The notes beneath the pieces were generated by a model. It made no database searches, was not told the origin of the DNA, and was given only the letters and a program-made list of their open reading frames with translations. Position numbers and translations under genes: made by a program. Source: Arenicellales bacterium (GTDB taxonomy: Bacteria; Pseudomonadota; Gammaproteobacteria; Arenicellales; JAJDZL01). From it: 64,000 nucleotides of DNA. The DNA lies in NCBI GenBank assembly GCA_963664525.1, contig OY761535.1, positions 1,180,046-1,244,045 on the forward strand, in the 5' to 3' direction. Below, piece after piece: positions 28,120 to 39,374 of the stretch. Each line of letters opens with the position of its first letter. Position 1 is the stretch's first letter.

Positions 28120-28908
28120 ATGGCGTTTCTTAAGGGTAAACGAGCACTGATTACAGGCATTGCGAGCGACCGTTCGATTGGTTGGGGAATTGCCAAAGCG
28201 ATGGCCGAGCAAGGTGCTGAACTGGCATTGACCTATCAAAACGAGCGACTCAAACCCCGAGTTGAAAAATTCGCAAATCAGTTAGACGCCAAGTTCACGG
28301 CTCCTTTAGACGTTTCAAGCGATAGCGAAATCGAACAATTGCGATCTGCAATTGAACAGCACTGGGACAGTTTGGACATCGCAGTGCATTCGATCGCTTA
28401 CGCGCCACGAGAACAACTCGAAGGATTATTTCTCGATTCAGTCGATCGTTCCGGATTTCAAACTGCACATGAAATCAGTTCTTACAGTTTCGCCGCGTTA
28501 GCACGAACATTGAGTCCAATGATGGCCGGTCGAAACGCCGCACTGTTGACGCTGACTTACATTGGCTCTGTTCGGTCGATGCCCGGTTATAACGTCATGG
28601 GGCTGGCCAAAGCCAGCCTGGAAGCGAATGTGCGATATTGTGCACAATCATTAGGCGCCAGCGGCATTCGCGTGAACGCCATTTCGGCCGGTCCGATCCG
28701 CACCTTGGCCGCAGCCGGTATCAAGGGAATGAAGTCCATGATTGAACACTACGAAAAAGCGGCACCGCTCGGTCGCAGTGTTACAATTGATGAAGTCGGT
28801 AACGCTGCTGCGTTCCTTTGCTCTGACCTGGCTTCTGGAATAACTGCCGAGGTACTTTATGTTGATGGTGGTTTCAACTCGGTTGGATTCAGCGAGGCGA
28901 TGCTTTAA
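28120..28908 (+). CDS. fabI: Enoyl-[acyl-carrier-protein] reductase (NADH) FabI
   Basis: [23 protein letters not shown]...K catalytic pair region [13 protein letters not shown]. 262 aa. Confidence 0.93.
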   Translation: MAFLKGKRALITGIASDRSIGWGIAKAMAEQGAELALTYQNERLKPRVEKFANQLDAKFTAPLDVSSDSEIEQLRSAIEQHWDSLDIAVHSIAYAPREQLEGLFLDSVDRSGFQTAHEISSYSFAALARTLSPMMAGRNAALLTLTYIGSVRSMPGYNVMGLAKASLEANVRYCAQSLGASGIRVNAISAGPIRTLAAAGIKGMKSMIEHYEKAAPLGRSVTIDEVGNAAAFLCSDLASGITAEVLYVDGGFNSVGFSEAML

Positions 28909-28913
28909 AGCAC

Positions 28914-30815
28914 CTAAAGCAACTCTTCATTAATGGAGACAGATACGCCTTCACGCAACTGCATGAGATAGCTCTCAAATAACCCAGAACCAAATCTCAA
29001 CTGCATGATATTTTGCAGATTTTCGCGTTCTTCTTCGGATGCAGCGGCCCCATCGCCATCGGTGACTTCTGTCATTCTAAATACTGCATACCTGCCGTCG
29101 CTAATAGGACCACCACCATAAACGACACCACTCGCTCCAGGTTTGTCCCAAGCATAAACATAAGCGGCAACTTGTGCAGAATCCAGATCACCGTCATTGC
29201 CAGTTCGAGAAGGAATTGGCGCTGGTGCAAGACCATTGTTATTAATCGTCTCTGTCCAATCCGAGCCACTGTCAAGTTCTTCGATCATTGATTCAGAAAA
29301 CTCCTGGGCCAATTTTGCACCTTCTGCGACCAGCAGTTTCTCGGTAATTTCGTCTTTGACCAGGTCGAGACTGAGGGTTTCGGCCGGACGATATTCGTAT
29401 TTTCGAAGCAGGACCTGACGTCCATCTTCCAAGGTAATCACATCGCTATTGAAGCCATCTTCGAGCAATGTTGTTTCGAACGCCGCGTCCCGTACACTTG
29501 GACTGGACGCAATTCCCGTGCCTTCGCTTCGACTGAACCAGTCAGAAATCCGAACCCGCTGACCGAGTAAATCGGCTGCCGGCAAGAGACTGTCGGGTTG
29601 TTCGAAAGCAATGTTCCTCAGTTCCTCGGCGGTCTCGAACATTTCAGATTCCGCCTGAGCGCGCATGGCCTGCTCTACCAATTCATCGCGGACATCTTCG
29701 AACAATTTAATTCTTTCCGCCTGAATTTCATCAACCCGAATAATGTGGACACCAAATTCACTTTCCACTGGGTCGCTGATCTCATTTTCTTCAAGCGTAA
29801 ATGCCACCGATTCAAACGCCGGGACTGTCGCACCACGATTGATCCAACCTAAATTACCACCCTGGGCAGCAGACCCTATATCCGTCGAATATTCCGTTGC
29901 GAGCGTAGAAAAATCTTCACCGCTACGAAGCCTTGCCACCAACTCCTGAGCTTCGGCCAAAGCGGAAAAGTTATCCCCTGCTTCGCCCTCCAACAAAATG
30001 TGCCGAACGCTTCTTTGTTCTTCCTCAAAAAACTGCTGTGCTTGAGCATCATAAATTTCTCGCAAAGTTTCGTCTGTTGGTGCGTAATTCGAAGCAAAAT
30101 CGGCCGGTGAAATTTCAATATATTCAACTTTTAATTTTTCATCGTCCACATACAAACTTTCATTGTTCTTGTATTCAGCTTCAATCTGCGCATTCGACAC
30201 CTCGACTTCGGCAAGAAAGGTGGCGGGCTCGACAATGACATATTCCCCAACTCGCCGCTGAATCAAAAGCGACAGCAAGTCTTCGACCATCGCGTCAATT
30301 CGAAGGGTTGATTCAATAAATCCTGTTTGAAGTTGTTGAGTCGCGGCGCTGTTTCGCTGTATTGCTTCAAACTCCGAAGGAGAGAATCCGGAAAACCGCA
30401 AGACTCGCTCGTACAGTTCTCGACTGAATCCCTGCTCGGATTGAAAACCAGGAGCATTGCGAATCGCTTCAGCGAGTTGATCATCACTGATTCGAAATCC
30501 CTGGTCCTGCGCTGCCCTGAACAACAGCGTTTCATTAACGAGTTGTTCTATAACCTGGCGTCCAAGTACTTGTCCGGACAGCAACTGTGCACTGGCATTA
30601 CCGCCATAGGCCTGTCTGACTCTTTCTCTTTCTGAATAAAGAGCACGCTGATAACTTTGATAATCGATTTGTTCGCCTTCGAATTCCGCTACGTTCGCAT
30701 TCACGCCTTCGGTAAAGTAGGAGTTCACACCCCACAATGCGAATGGAATTGTAATTAGAATGACTATGGCCCAGGCGATCCAGCCTGTGGCTCGCTCACG
30801 AATACTGGTCAGCAT
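28914..30815 (-). CDS. ppiD: Periplasmic chaperone / peptidyl-prolyl isomerase PpiD
   Basis: N-terminal TM anchor (WIAWAIVILITIPFALWGV). Parvulin-like domain (SVRHILL...FGVHIIRV). Conserved position after hupB and the tRNAs. Confidence 0.9.
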   Translation of the reverse strand: MLTSIRERATGWIAWAIVILITIPFALWGVNSYFTEGVNANVAEFEGEQIDYQSYQRALYSERERVRQAYGGNASAQLLSGQVLGRQVIEQLVNETLLFRAAQDQGFRISDDQLAEAIRNAPGFQSEQGFSRELYERVLRFSGFSPSEFEAIQRNSAATQQLQTGFIESTLRIDAMVEDLLSLLIQRRVGEYVIVEPATFLAEVEVSNAQIEAEYKNNESLYVDDEKLKVEYIEISPADFASNYAPTDETLREIYDAQAQQFFEEEQRSVRHILLEGEAGDNFSALAEAQELVARLRSGEDFSTLATEYSTDIGSAAQGGNLGWINRGATVPAFESVAFTLEENEISDPVESEFGVHIIRVDEIQAERIKLFEDVRDELVEQAMRAQAESEMFETAEELRNIAFEQPDSLLPAADLLGQRVRISDWFSRSEGTGIASSPSVRDAAFETTLLEDGFNSDVITLEDGRQVLLRKYEYRPAETLSLDLVKDEITEKLLVAEGAKLAQEFSESMIEELDSGSDWTETINNNGLAPAPIPSRTGNDGDLDSAQVAAYVYAWDKPGASGVVYGGGPISDGRYAVFRMTEVTDGDGAAASEEERENLQNIMQLRFGSGLFESYLMQLREGVSVSINEELL

Positions 30816-30919
30816 AGATCAATGTTCCCGTTGACTGTTGACTCAAACTAAAGCAATAAAATAACCTGCAATTCACGCGACCTCAATCTGAAATATCGCG
30901 TGAATACAGCAAACAAGTA

Positions 30920-30997
30920 TGGCGGGACGGACGGGACTTGAACCCGCGACCCCCGGCTTGACAGGCCGGAATTCTAAACCAACTGAACTACCGCCCC
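30920..30997 (-). tRNA. tRNA-Asp (GTC)
   Basis: The reverse complement GGGGCGGTAGTTCAGTTGGTTTAGAATTCCGGCCTGTCAAGCCGGGGGTCGCGGGTTCAAGTCCCGTCCGTCCCGCCA is near-identical in pattern to E. coli tRNA-Asp. Anticodon loop CT-GTC-AA. CCA is encoded. Confidence 0.95.
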
Positions 30998-31010
30998 CGA
31001 AAGATTGATC

Positions 31011-31086
31011 TGGTGGGTGCTGCGGGGCTCGAACCTGCGACCTTCGCCTTGTAAGGGCGATGCTCTCCCAACTGAGCTAAGCACCC
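31011..31086 (-). tRNA. tRNA-Val (TAC)
   Basis: The reverse complement GGGTGCTTAGCTCAGTTGGGAGAGCATCGCCCTTACAAGGCGAAGGTCGCAGGTTCGAGCCCCGCAGCACCCACCA folds as a cloverleaf with anticodon TAC. Confidence 0.95.
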
Positions 31087-31095
31087 CTGTATCCA

Positions 31096-31368
31096 TTAAT
31101 TCACGGCATCCTTTAGAGCTTTGGCAGGTTTGAATCGGACACCAGTAGATGCAGGGATTATTAATTCTGAGCCATCTCGAGGGTTTCTACCCTTCTTTTC
31201 GGCACGTGCGTAAGTAGAAAAAGTGCCAAATCCCAGTATTGTCAGTGAATCTCCACTTGCCAAACAGTTAGATATTTCATTGATTACTGCAGACAGCGCG
31301 CGGTCAGCGTCTGCCTTGGTCATTGATGCACTTTCAGCTACATTTCCGATAAATTCCGCCTTTTTCAA
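31096..31368 (-). CDS. hupB: DNA-binding protein HU (beta-like), 90 aa
   Basis: HU signature GFGTFSTYARAEKKGRNPRDG. The TTG at 31368 is preceded by GGAGGA (31375-31380) at 6-nt spacing. The ORF-track ATG at 31392 would add 8 non-homologous residues. Confidence 0.9.
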   Translation of the reverse strand: MKKAEFIGNVAESASMTKADADRALSAVINEISNCLASGDSLTILGFGTFSTYARAEKKGRNPRDGSELIIPASTGVRFKPAKALKDAVN

Positions 31369-31544
31369 AACAAATCCTCCTAAATTAAACAAGAGCTATG
31401 ACTGGGTCGATTGTTCCTTTAGACTCGGCCTTGATCATAGCGATCCAGCAATTGAATTTATACAATATTAAGTAATTTATCTGGCAAATTTCTTGCCGAA
31501 ATTCACAAATATTCTTTGGGAAATTCGTTTGTTCCCAAAGAAAA

Positions 31545-33986
31545 CTAATGTGTAACGAGCCCGACACTGTCTTCTTCAGTTGGGGTTTCGTCAATCTTCA
31601 AACCCAAACCGGGCGATACAACCAAAGCTTCTGGCTCAGACTCTAGCGCATGAGAAACGACTTGGTCAATCCATCGAACCGGAATGACTTTCAAGCTGTC
31701 AAGAACGTTCGCGGGGATCTCCGTCAAGTCTTTGGCATTTTCTTCAGGAATCAATACTGTCGTGATTCCACTTCTTATGGCGGCCAACAATTTCTCTTTT
31801 AAACCACCGACAGGGAGTATCTCTCCTCGAAGTGTGATTTCGCCAGTCATTGCGACATCAGCACGAACAGGAATCTGAGTCAGAGACGAAATAATCGCAA
31901 TTGACATGGCTACACCGGCACTCGGTCCGTCTTTTGGAGTCGCTCCTTCTGGAACGTGAACATGAATATCTTTACGTTGATAGAAACTCGATTTGATTCC
32001 GTAACTTGCAGCGCGAGAGCGAACCACGCTCACCGCAGCTTGAATTGACTCCTGCATGACATCGCCCAGCTTGCCCGTGAACGCGTGACGCCCTTTACCC
32101 GGGATGATTACCGCCTCGATGCTCAAAATATCACCGCCGACCTGCGTCCAAGCCAGGCCGGTCACCTGACCGATTTGATTGACGACTTCAGCTCGACCAT
32201 ATCGAAATTGACGTACGCCAAGGTAGCTTTCCAAATTTTTCTGAGTCATACGCAGCCGCTTGGCCTTTGTCGTCTTTTGCACATATTTTCTTGTTGCCTT
32301 ACGACAGACTTTTGAAAGCTCCCGCTCCAGTCCACGCACACCCGACTCGCGTGTGTAATATCGGATAATGTCGTGCAACACCCGCTTTGGAATCGAAAGC
32401 TCATCAGACCTGAGCCCGTTGGCTTTCAACTGTTTTGGAATCAGGTATTGCTCTGCGATATTGATTTTCTCATTTTCGGTATAACCGGATATCCGGATCA
32501 CTTCCATGCGATCGAGAAGTGCAGGCGGAATGTTCAGTGTGTTAGCAGTCGCAACAAACATGACCTCCGACAAATCGTATTCAATTTCCAGGTAGTGATC
32601 AGCGAACGTATGATTCTGTTCAGGGTCCAGGACTTCCAGTAATGCGGAAGCTGGGTCGCCGCGAAAGTCACTTGTCATCTTGTCGACTTCATCCAGCATG
32701 AACAGAGGGTTTTTCCGCTTAACCTTGGCCATATTCTGAATAATTCTCCCAGGCAGAGAACCCAGGTAGGTTCTGCGGTGCCCACGAATTTCCGCTTCAT
32801 CGCGCATCCCGCCGAGCGACATTCTCACAAACTTTCGATTAGTGGCTCTCGCTATCGACTTGCCCAGTGAAGTTTTTCCAACTCCAGGCGGTCCGACCAA
32901 GCACAGTATCGGTCCTTTGTTTTGCTTGACTCTTTGCTGTACCGCCAAGTACTCCAGAATTCGCTCTTTGACTTTTTCCAACCCGTAGTGATCTTCGTCG
33001 AGAATTACTTCAGCTGAATTGATGTTCTTGTTGACCCGCGTTCGTTTTTTCCACGGCACTCCAATCAGCCAATCAATGTAATTTCTCACGACGGTCGCTT
33101 CCGCTGACATTGGAGACATCATTTTGAGTTTCTTCAGCTCACTCGTCGCTTTTTCCCGTGCCTCTGTCGACATCCCTGCCTGTGCAATTTTTTCTGCTAA
33201 TTCATCGATTTCATTTTTTGAATCATCGGAACTGCCAAGCTCCTTGTGAATGGCTTTGAGCTGTTCGTTCAGGTAATATTCGCGCTGGCTCTTTTCCATT
33301 TGTCGTTTAACCCGACCACGAATCTTTCGCTCAACCTGATACATTTCAACATCGGAGACCAGCACCGCCATCACTTTTTCCAACCGTTCCCTTTCATCGG
33401 TCATTTCAAGGAGCGCCTGTCTTTCGCTAATACTCTGGCTCACCAAATGTGCGGCAATAATGTCAATCAAATGCCCTGGGGTAGTGATTTGTTCAAGCTT
33501 CGAAATAATATCCGGCGATACCTTCTGGGTTGACTTGACAAACTGCTCAAATTGCGTCATCAACGCCTTCATCATCGAATTTGCAAGCTGAGGGTTAAGC
33601 GCAGTGCTCTCAAGCGGTACGGTTTGCGCCAAAAAATAACCTTCATCTGTCGTGATAAACTGAACACTGGCGCGCCACTGTCCTTCAGCCACCACTTTCT
33701 TCGTGCTATCAGCCAACTCGACAGTTTGTTTAACAGTCGCTACTGTACCGATTTGGTACAGTTCACTGACATCGGGCTCTTCGACTGCCGGGTCTTTCTG
33801 CGCAACCAGCATGACCAACGAATGCTCCGAGTCAACATTGTTCAACGCGTTGATTGAATTTTCACGTCCAACAAACAGTGGAATGACAAATTGTGGAAAC
33901 ACCACGACATCCCTGAGTGGAAGCAACGGCAAAGACATTTGTGCTGGAGTATAAATTTCAGGTTCGTCAAACATGCACCAATTCAC
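31545..33986 (-). CDS. lon: ATP-dependent Lon protease
   Basis: Walker A GPPGVGKTS. Protease Ser motif PKDGPSAGVAM. N-terminal LPLLPLRDVVVFP. The exact start is uncertain (M1 or a downstream Met). Confidence 0.97.
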   Translation of the reverse strand: MNWCMFDEPEIYTPAQMSLPLLPLRDVVVFPQFVIPLFVGRENSINALNNVDSEHSLVMLVAQKDPAVEEPDVSELYQIGTVATVKQTVELADSTKKVVAEGQWRASVQFITTDEGYFLAQTVPLESTALNPQLANSMMKALMTQFEQFVKSTQKVSPDIISKLEQITTPGHLIDIIAAHLVSQSISERQALLEMTDERERLEKVMAVLVSDVEMYQVERKIRGRVKRQMEKSQREYYLNEQLKAIHKELGSSDDSKNEIDELAEKIAQAGMSTEAREKATSELKKLKMMSPMSAEATVVRNYIDWLIGVPWKKRTRVNKNINSAEVILDEDHYGLEKVKERILEYLAVQQRVKQNKGPILCLVGPPGVGKTSLGKSIARATNRKFVRMSLGGMRDEAEIRGHRRTYLGSLPGRIIQNMAKVKRKNPLFMLDEVDKMTSDFRGDPASALLEVLDPEQNHTFADHYLEIEYDLSEVMFVATANTLNIPPALLDRMEVIRISGYTENEKINIAEQYLIPKQLKANGLRSDELSIPKRVLHDIIRYYTRESGVRGLERELSKVCRKATRKYVQKTTKAKRLRMTQKNLESYLGVRQFRYGRAEVVNQIGQVTGLAWTQVGGDILSIEAVIIPGKGRHAFTGKLGDVMQESIQAAVSVVRSRAASYGIKSSFYQRKDIHVHVPEGATPKDGPSAGVAMSIAIISSLTQIPVRADVAMTGEITLRGEILPVGGLKEKLLAAIRSGITTVLIPEENAKDLTEIPANVLDSLKVIPVRWIDQVVSHALESEPEALVVSPGLGLKIDETPTEEDSVGLVTH

Positions 33987-34034
33987 TCAACGGTAAAATT
34001 AATCGATATGAAAGCCAATACATATGCGGACAAA

Positions 34035-34053
34035 TCTGCTTAAATCAAGCAGA
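34035..34053 (-). terminator. Weak hairpin between clpX and lon
   Basis: TCTGCTT/AAGCAGA 7-bp stem followed on the minus strand by TTT only. A possible attenuator. Confidence 0.3.
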
Positions 34054-34082
34054 CACAGTGCCGAATAGTCCGGGCAAGGCAC

Positions 34083-35351
34083 TCACGATGCCCGGCGGGT
34101 TTCGTCTTCTGAATAAATGTAGTACGGGTGCTTGCCGTCTTTGATCACTTCTGCATCAACAACGACTTTAACGACACCGGGTACTGAAGGTAACTCATAC
34201 ATTGTTTCAAGCAGGGCATGTTCAAGGATTGAACGCAAACCGCGTGCGCCAGTTTTACGTTTCATAGCCAATTGAGCCACCGCTTCCAATGCCTCTGGAC
34301 GAATGTCAAGCTCGGCGCCTTCCAATGCAAAGAGTTTCTTGTACTGTTTGACCAAAGCGTTTCGAGGCTCCAGCAAAATTTTCACCAAGGCATCGATGTC
34401 CAATTCCTCAAGCGTTGCCACGACTGGCAATCGACCGACGAATTCCGGAATCAGGCCAAACTTGATCAGGTCTTCTGGCTCCATCTGCCGCAAAGTTTCT
34501 GCCAAAGCTTCGCTGCTGATGGTATTGATTTCAGCTCCAAATCCGATGCTGTTTTTTTCAGTTCGTGCGCGAATCACTTTATCAAGACCTGAAAATGCAC
34601 CACCGCAAATGAACAGGACATTACGGGTATCAACTTGCAAAAACTCTTGCTGAGGATGTTTGCGTCCACCTTGTGGCGGTACCGATGCGACGGTCCCTTC
34701 AATCAGTTTCAATAGCGCCGACTGCACGCCCTCGCCTGATACATCCCGAGTGATAGACAAATTTTCAGAAGTGCGCGATATTTTGTCAATTTCATCGATA
34801 TATACAATGCCGACCTGCGCTTTTTCAATATCGTAGTCACACTTTTGCAGCAGTTTCTGAATAATGTTTTCGACATCTTCACCCACATAGCCTGCTTCGG
34901 TCAAGGTCGTAGCGTCAGCCATGGTGAAAGGAACATTCAACTCTCGGGCCAAGGTCTCAGCAAGCAAAGTTTTACCTGAACCGGTCGGACCAAGCAAAAG
35001 AATATTGCTCTTGGCGATTTCAACATCATCGACGACATCATTATTGTCAATGCGCTTGTAATGGTTGTAGACGGCAACAGAAAGCACTTTTTTGGCATCG
35101 GCCTGACCGATGACATACTCGTCAAGAATCTTTCTGATCTCGGATGGTTTGGGAAATCTGGGCTTTGTTACTTCGGTACCTGGCTCCTCAGAAGCCGATT
35201 CGCTGCGAATAATGTCATTGCATAACTCAACACATTCATCACAGACAAATACCGAAGGCCCTGCAATCAGCTTTCTCACTTCATGCTGGCTTTTGCCGCA
35301 AAACGAACAATGCAGTCCGCGATCCTGTTTGCCACCCTTTCTGTTCGCCAT
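34083..35351 (-). CDS. clpX: ATP-dependent Clp protease ATP-binding subunit ClpX
   Basis: Zn-finger CSFCGK...CDEC. Walker A GPTGSGKT. 422 aa. Confidence 0.97.
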   Translation of the reverse strand: MANRKGGKQDRGLHCSFCGKSQHEVRKLIAGPSVFVCDECVELCNDIIRSESASEEPGTEVTKPRFPKPSEIRKILDEYVIGQADAKKVLSVAVYNHYKRIDNNDVVDDVEIAKSNILLLGPTGSGKTLLAETLARELNVPFTMADATTLTEAGYVGEDVENIIQKLLQKCDYDIEKAQVGIVYIDEIDKISRTSENLSITRDVSGEGVQSALLKLIEGTVASVPPQGGRKHPQQEFLQVDTRNVLFICGGAFSGLDKVIRARTEKNSIGFGAEINTISSEALAETLRQMEPEDLIKFGLIPEFVGRLPVVATLEELDIDALVKILLEPRNALVKQYKKLFALEGAELDIRPEALEAVAQLAMKRKTGARGLRSILEHALLETMYELPSVPGVVKVVVDAEVIKDGKHPYYIYSEDETRRAS

Positions 35352-35400
35352 AATCTATTGTCTCTCTACACTACATTGGAGTTGATCTTTTCGAACTTTC

Positions 35401-36024
35401 TTATTGCCGATTTTCAATAACTGAATCGATAATACCGTAATCCAGTGCTTCCTTACTGTCCATAAAATTATCACGATCGGTATCGCGATTGATTGTTTTC
35501 AAATTTTTGCCGGTATGGTTCACCATAATTTGATTGAGCCGTTCGCGCAACCTCAATATTTCCCGTGCCTGTATATCGATATCGCTCGCCTGCCCCTGGA
35601 CGCCACCCATCGGTTGGTGAATCATGATTCGGGCGTGCGGTAAAGCATAGCGCTTGGCTTTCGCTCCACCAGCCAATATCAATGCCCCCATACTGGCGGC
35701 CTGGCCAACACAGACCGTATTGACATCCGGTTTGACAAATTGCATTGTGTCATAAATTGCCAAGCCGGAATTGACGGTGCCACCCGGACTATTTATATAC
35801 AAATGAATATCCTTGTCGGCACTTTCTGATTCAAGAAAGAGCAATTGAGCAACAATCAAATTGGCCATATGATCTTCAATCGGTCCGACAAGAAAAATCA
35901 CCCGTTCCTTGAGCAACCGAGAATAAATATCGTAGGCTCGTTCACCTCGTCCAGTCGTCTCAATAACCATTGGCACCAAGGCCAATGATTCAACTTTTTC
36001 ATGAGATCGAAAATCTTCTGTCAT
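35401..36024 (-). CDS. clpP: ATP-dependent Clp protease proteolytic subunit ClpP
   Basis: Catalytic Ser GQAASMGA and His IMIHQP contexts. 207 aa. Confidence 0.97.
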   Translation of the reverse strand: MTEDFRSHEKVESLALVPMVIETTGRGERAYDIYSRLLKERVIFLVGPIEDHMANLIVAQLLFLESESADKDIHLYINSPGGTVNSGLAIYDTMQFVKPDVNTVCVGQAASMGALILAGGAKAKRYALPHARIMIHQPMGGVQGQASDIDIQAREILRLRERLNQIMVNHTGKNLKTINRDTDRDNFMDSKEALDYGIIDSVIENRQ

Positions 36025-36043
36025 CCCGAATACCCTTTCCTCA

Positions 36044-37540
36044 TTATGGCTTTGATTTATCGATCGGATTACCCGATGCGTCTACGATCATACTCACTTC
36101 GTCTGATGATGCTTTAACTTCAGCTTCGTCCGGTTCTTCTGACACTTCAGGCATTGGACCTCGATTGACAAAGTCCTGAGCGCTTTGAATCCAAGTTTCA
36201 AACTCTGCCAGCCCCATCGTCTGTTCGGTCATCTCAATGTCTTCCAGCAACACTTCCATAATCTTTTGTCTTTGAAATTCTTCTAAATGAGAATGACGCA
36301 TCGACTCCACAAGCTGTTGACGGAATTCTTCAGATTCCTGTTGAGTAAGATGCTTATATGAATCTAAATAATTTTCAATGTATTGTTCAAAATCACCATC
36401 GTCAAAAGTAATCTCCCGATCTTGCCTTACTTTGTCCAATATCATCGAATACTTCATATCAAACAATACTTTAGAATAAGCCATCTTAAGGATCGGAGAC
36501 TCCATTCCAGCATTGATTTCATTGGCAACATTTTGTTCGTTTAATCCGTAGGACTTCAGATGCTCGACCACTTGCGAGCCGACCAGTGACTCTGGTGGCA
36601 TGAATGAATTTCGTTTGAGCAACATCATTCCAGCTTGATCAAAGATCAGCTTTTCGCGTTGACGTGCGTATTGTCGCTCAATTTCCTCGCGTGCCCTAGC
36701 TCGAAAATTTTCATCTTCTCGCCCGGACACCCCGAGCATGTCTAAGAAACGATCGGAAAACTCGTTTGGTTTCGGGCGATCAATTTTGGAAATTTCAATT
36801 TCGTATTCGACTTCCTCGGAGGCGACCTCAATGTCTGCGTCCTCAGTGGTTTCCAATTCATCATCGTATTGCGCAAGAACATCACGGGAGCATGTAATTT
36901 TGAATTTATCACCTTTCGATTTACCTGTGCACGCATGGATGAATTCCAATGGACTGTCCTCATCATCCTCGTCTAGTGTGATTTCAACCGCCTGTGGTGC
37001 GCCCCAAATCGATTGGCCATCTCGAAAAGGTTCAACCTGAATCCCAAGCATATCGTTCTGCACTGCTGGACCATCAATCGACTCATAGGCTTGGAATTCG
37101 CTTTGCCAGCGTTCAATCACTGTGTCAATATCGTCTTCTGATAGCTCCAGTTGTGGATTGATCATTGATTCACCGCTTAACGACGGATCATCTATTTCGG
37201 GAAACACTTCATACGAGATGGTAATTTCGTAGTCATCGGTTGATTCATCGACAGTGAAGTTTTCGATATAAGGTTGGCGTACCGGATTGATATCAAATTC
37301 CTTAAGCGCATCTTTCACACGTCCACCAGCTAATGCCAGAATCGCATCATTTTTGATCTGGTCCAAGAACTTGCGCTTGACAACGTCAAACGGCACCTTG
37401 CCTTTACGAAACCCGGGCAAAGAAACCGTTTTGGTCATATTCCGGGTAATCTGGTTCATTTCGTCGCCCACATCAGCACCGGGCAGAACAAATTTCATGC
37501 GGCGGGTTGCTGACGTGACTTCCTCAATTACTACGTCCAT
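36044..37540 (-). CDS. tig: Trigger factor (long, 498 aa, acidic insertions/tail)
   Basis: Ribosome-binding motif GFRKGKVP near the N-terminus. Conserved position upstream of clpP. Confidence 0.9.
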   Translation of the reverse strand: MDVVIEEVTSATRRMKFVLPGADVGDEMNQITRNMTKTVSLPGFRKGKVPFDVVKRKFLDQIKNDAILALAGGRVKDALKEFDINPVRQPYIENFTVDESTDDYEITISYEVFPEIDDPSLSGESMINPQLELSEDDIDTVIERWQSEFQAYESIDGPAVQNDMLGIQVEPFRDGQSIWGAPQAVEITLDEDDEDSPLEFIHACTGKSKGDKFKITCSRDVLAQYDDELETTEDADIEVASEEVEYEIEISKIDRPKPNEFSDRFLDMLGVSGREDENFRARAREEIERQYARQREKLIFDQAGMMLLKRNSFMPPESLVGSQVVEHLKSYGLNEQNVANEINAGMESPILKMAYSKVLFDMKYSMILDKVRQDREITFDDGDFEQYIENYLDSYKHLTQQESEEFRQQLVESMRHSHLEEFQRQKIMEVLLEDIEMTEQTMGLAEFETWIQSAQDFVNRGPMPEVSEEPDEAEVKASSDEVSMIVDASGNPIDKSKP

Positions 37541-37611
37541 TCATTTTTCCAGTCTGCTAAGCCAGTATCGTTTGATGATTATTGGCGAAATTGATCGATT
37601 CTCGGTTAGAG

Positions 37612-37696
37612 TGGTGCGAAAGGGGAGACTCGAACTCCCACGGGTTGCCCCACTGGTTCCTAAGACCAGCGCGTCTGCCAATTCCGCCACTTTCGC
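37612..37696 (-). tRNA. tRNA-Leu (TAG)
   Basis: The reverse complement GCGAAAGTGGCGGAATTGGCAGACGCGCTGGTCTTAGGAACCAGTGGGGCAACCCGTGGGAGTTCGAGTCTCCCCTTTCGCACCA is a class II tRNA with a long variable arm and anticodon TAG. Confidence 0.93.
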
Positions 37697-37852
37697 ATGG
37701 GTGGATTGCCTCGGTCTGCCGAGCACACCGGGTCCTTGTTCGCGCGATCTACGGGCATCTGCTTATTGTTTTTCGCCACTTCGAATTTTTCTATTCAATA
37801 AAATTATATACATGCGAATACTCTCCTAGAACCTGCTTTGACGGATGGAACT

Positions 37853-38575
37853 ATGAAATTAAGCCAGTTCAGCACTTTGACGTTTGACTGCTATGGTACC
37901 TTGATCGACTGGGAAACCGGCTTGTACAAAGCCATGCAACCGCTCATGAATTTGACCGGGAAGGCATTTGAAAAAGCTGATGCGCTACACGCGTTTCGAC
38001 AGGCAGAAAGCCCTGCACAGCAACAAGATCCGAACATGCTTTACTCTGATCTACTGGCGGCGGTCCACCGGGAAATGGCGCGGCAACTTGGTGTGAACGC
38101 AAGCGAAAAGATGCACCTTGAATTTGCCCGATCAATCAAGGATTGGCCCCCGTTTGCTGATTCGGTCCAAGCATTGCAATATCTCAAGCACCACTACAAA
38201 CTGGTCGTTCTTTCAAATGTAGACAATTCGGGCTTCGCCCACAGTAATCGCCATCTTGAAGTCGAATTCGACGCTATCTACACTGCAGAAGACGTTGGCA
38301 CATACAAACCTGATTTGGCTAATTTCCACTACATGCTGGACAAGCTTGGCTCGATTGGCATTTCGCAATCTGAAATTCTCCATACTGCTCAAAGTCTGTA
38401 CCATGATATGGTTCCGGCTACTCAATTTGGGCTTGCAAAGTGTTGGATCGACCGTCGTGCGGGACAAACCGGCGGCGCAACACCTTCGGTAAATCAACAC
38501 GTTCAAGTCGACTGGCGGTTCGAATCATTGGCAGACATGGTTGCCGCTCACCAAGCTGAGTCCCAAACCAGCTAG
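37853..38575 (+). CDS. Haloacid dehalogenase type II (HAD superfamily hydrolase)
   Basis: Motif I FDCYGTLIDWE. ATG at 37853 preceded by GGATGGA. The ORF-track start at 37838 is a TTG. Confidence 0.8.
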   Translation: MKLSQFSTLTFDCYGTLIDWETGLYKAMQPLMNLTGKAFEKADALHAFRQAESPAQQQDPNMLYSDLLAAVHREMARQLGVNASEKMHLEFARSIKDWPPFADSVQALQYLKHHYKLVVLSNVDNSGFAHSNRHLEVEFDAIYTAEDVGTYKPDLANFHYMLDKLGSIGISQSEILHTAQSLYHDMVPATQFGLAKCWIDRRAGQTGGATPSVNQHVQVDWRFESLADMVAAHQAESQTS

Positions 38576-38584
38576 TCGGCTCTG

Positions 38585-38872
38585 ATCAACTGGAGCGTGT
38601 TCGATGACCGTTTCGGTGCTTTGCATCATGCCGACAAGGGCTGTCCTGGAAAACCCACCCGACTGATGGTGGGTTTGCTGTATTTGAAGCACGTCTAGCA
38701 GATGTCCGATGAGCAGTTGGTGGAGGGTTGGTTGGAAAATCCATACTGGCAGTACTTTTGTGGCGAGAGTCATTTTCAGACCCAATGGCCGATCGACTGA
38801 GTTCCTTGACGCGCGATCGCCAGCGCATTGGGCGAATTGGGCGCATTGCAAAATTGCACGCTATGTGAACAC
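38585..38872 (+). pseudogene. IS5-family transposase N-terminal remnant (in-frame stop + frameshift)
   Basis: ...GKPTRLMVGLLYLKHV*QMSDEQLVEGWLENPYWQYFCGESHF... matches the InsH/DUF772 N-domain pattern. It continues after a frameshift as [11 protein letters not shown]. No DDE domain follows. Confidence 0.7.
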
Positions 38873-38879
38873 CGAGTTG

Positions 38880-39190
38880 AAAAATAAATGGACTGTTTAT
38901 TGCTAGATGCTCTTTCGGGAGCATTGTCTCCATCAAAACCTAAGGCCTTCCCGTCGATCACAATGTCGATGTCTTCGGAAAAACGATGGATAGGTTCGAA
39001 CATTTGGATAACGACGTACCTCCTTTGAACGAAATGTGTACACCCCATTCAGGTAGTTCAAACAGTTTTTTTAAGTTCACCAAACCCAGAAGTCTTTTTC
39101 ACCAGCAATCTCGGACAGGTTTAACTTTGCGCCTGTTTCTATACAGATCAGACGACGACGCTCTTCCGATATTTGGATAAATTCGTTCAT
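38880..39190 (-). pseudogene. Nucleotidyltransferase AbiEii/AbiGii-family toxin, N-terminal fragment with two frameshifts
   Basis: ATG at 39190: [14 protein letters not shown]...EKDFWV / [24 protein letters not shown] / [16 protein letters not shown], spread over three frames. Truncated next to the IS5 remnant. Confidence 0.65.
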
Positions 39191-39333
39191 ACTGCGCTTT
39201 CCTCCTGTGGGCTGAACTTGCGGATAACATCTGCAATCCAGGCTGGGGCATATCCAATATCCTTTGCCAACTGCTCACGAGTATCGTTTTCGAGACGACG
39301 TCCAAGCTGCTCAATAGCGTTGAGTATGATAGA
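39187..39333 (-). pseudogene. Short HTH (AbiEi-like antitoxin?) remnant without a canonical start codon
   Basis: ...[45 protein letters not shown]. The stop overlaps the ATG of the AbiEii fragment (ATGA). There is an upstream in-frame TAA and no ATG/GTG/TTG. Confidence 0.4.
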
Positions 39334-39374
39334 ATTTTATCTAGATTTCTGACATATTTCTGAGGGCACAAACA

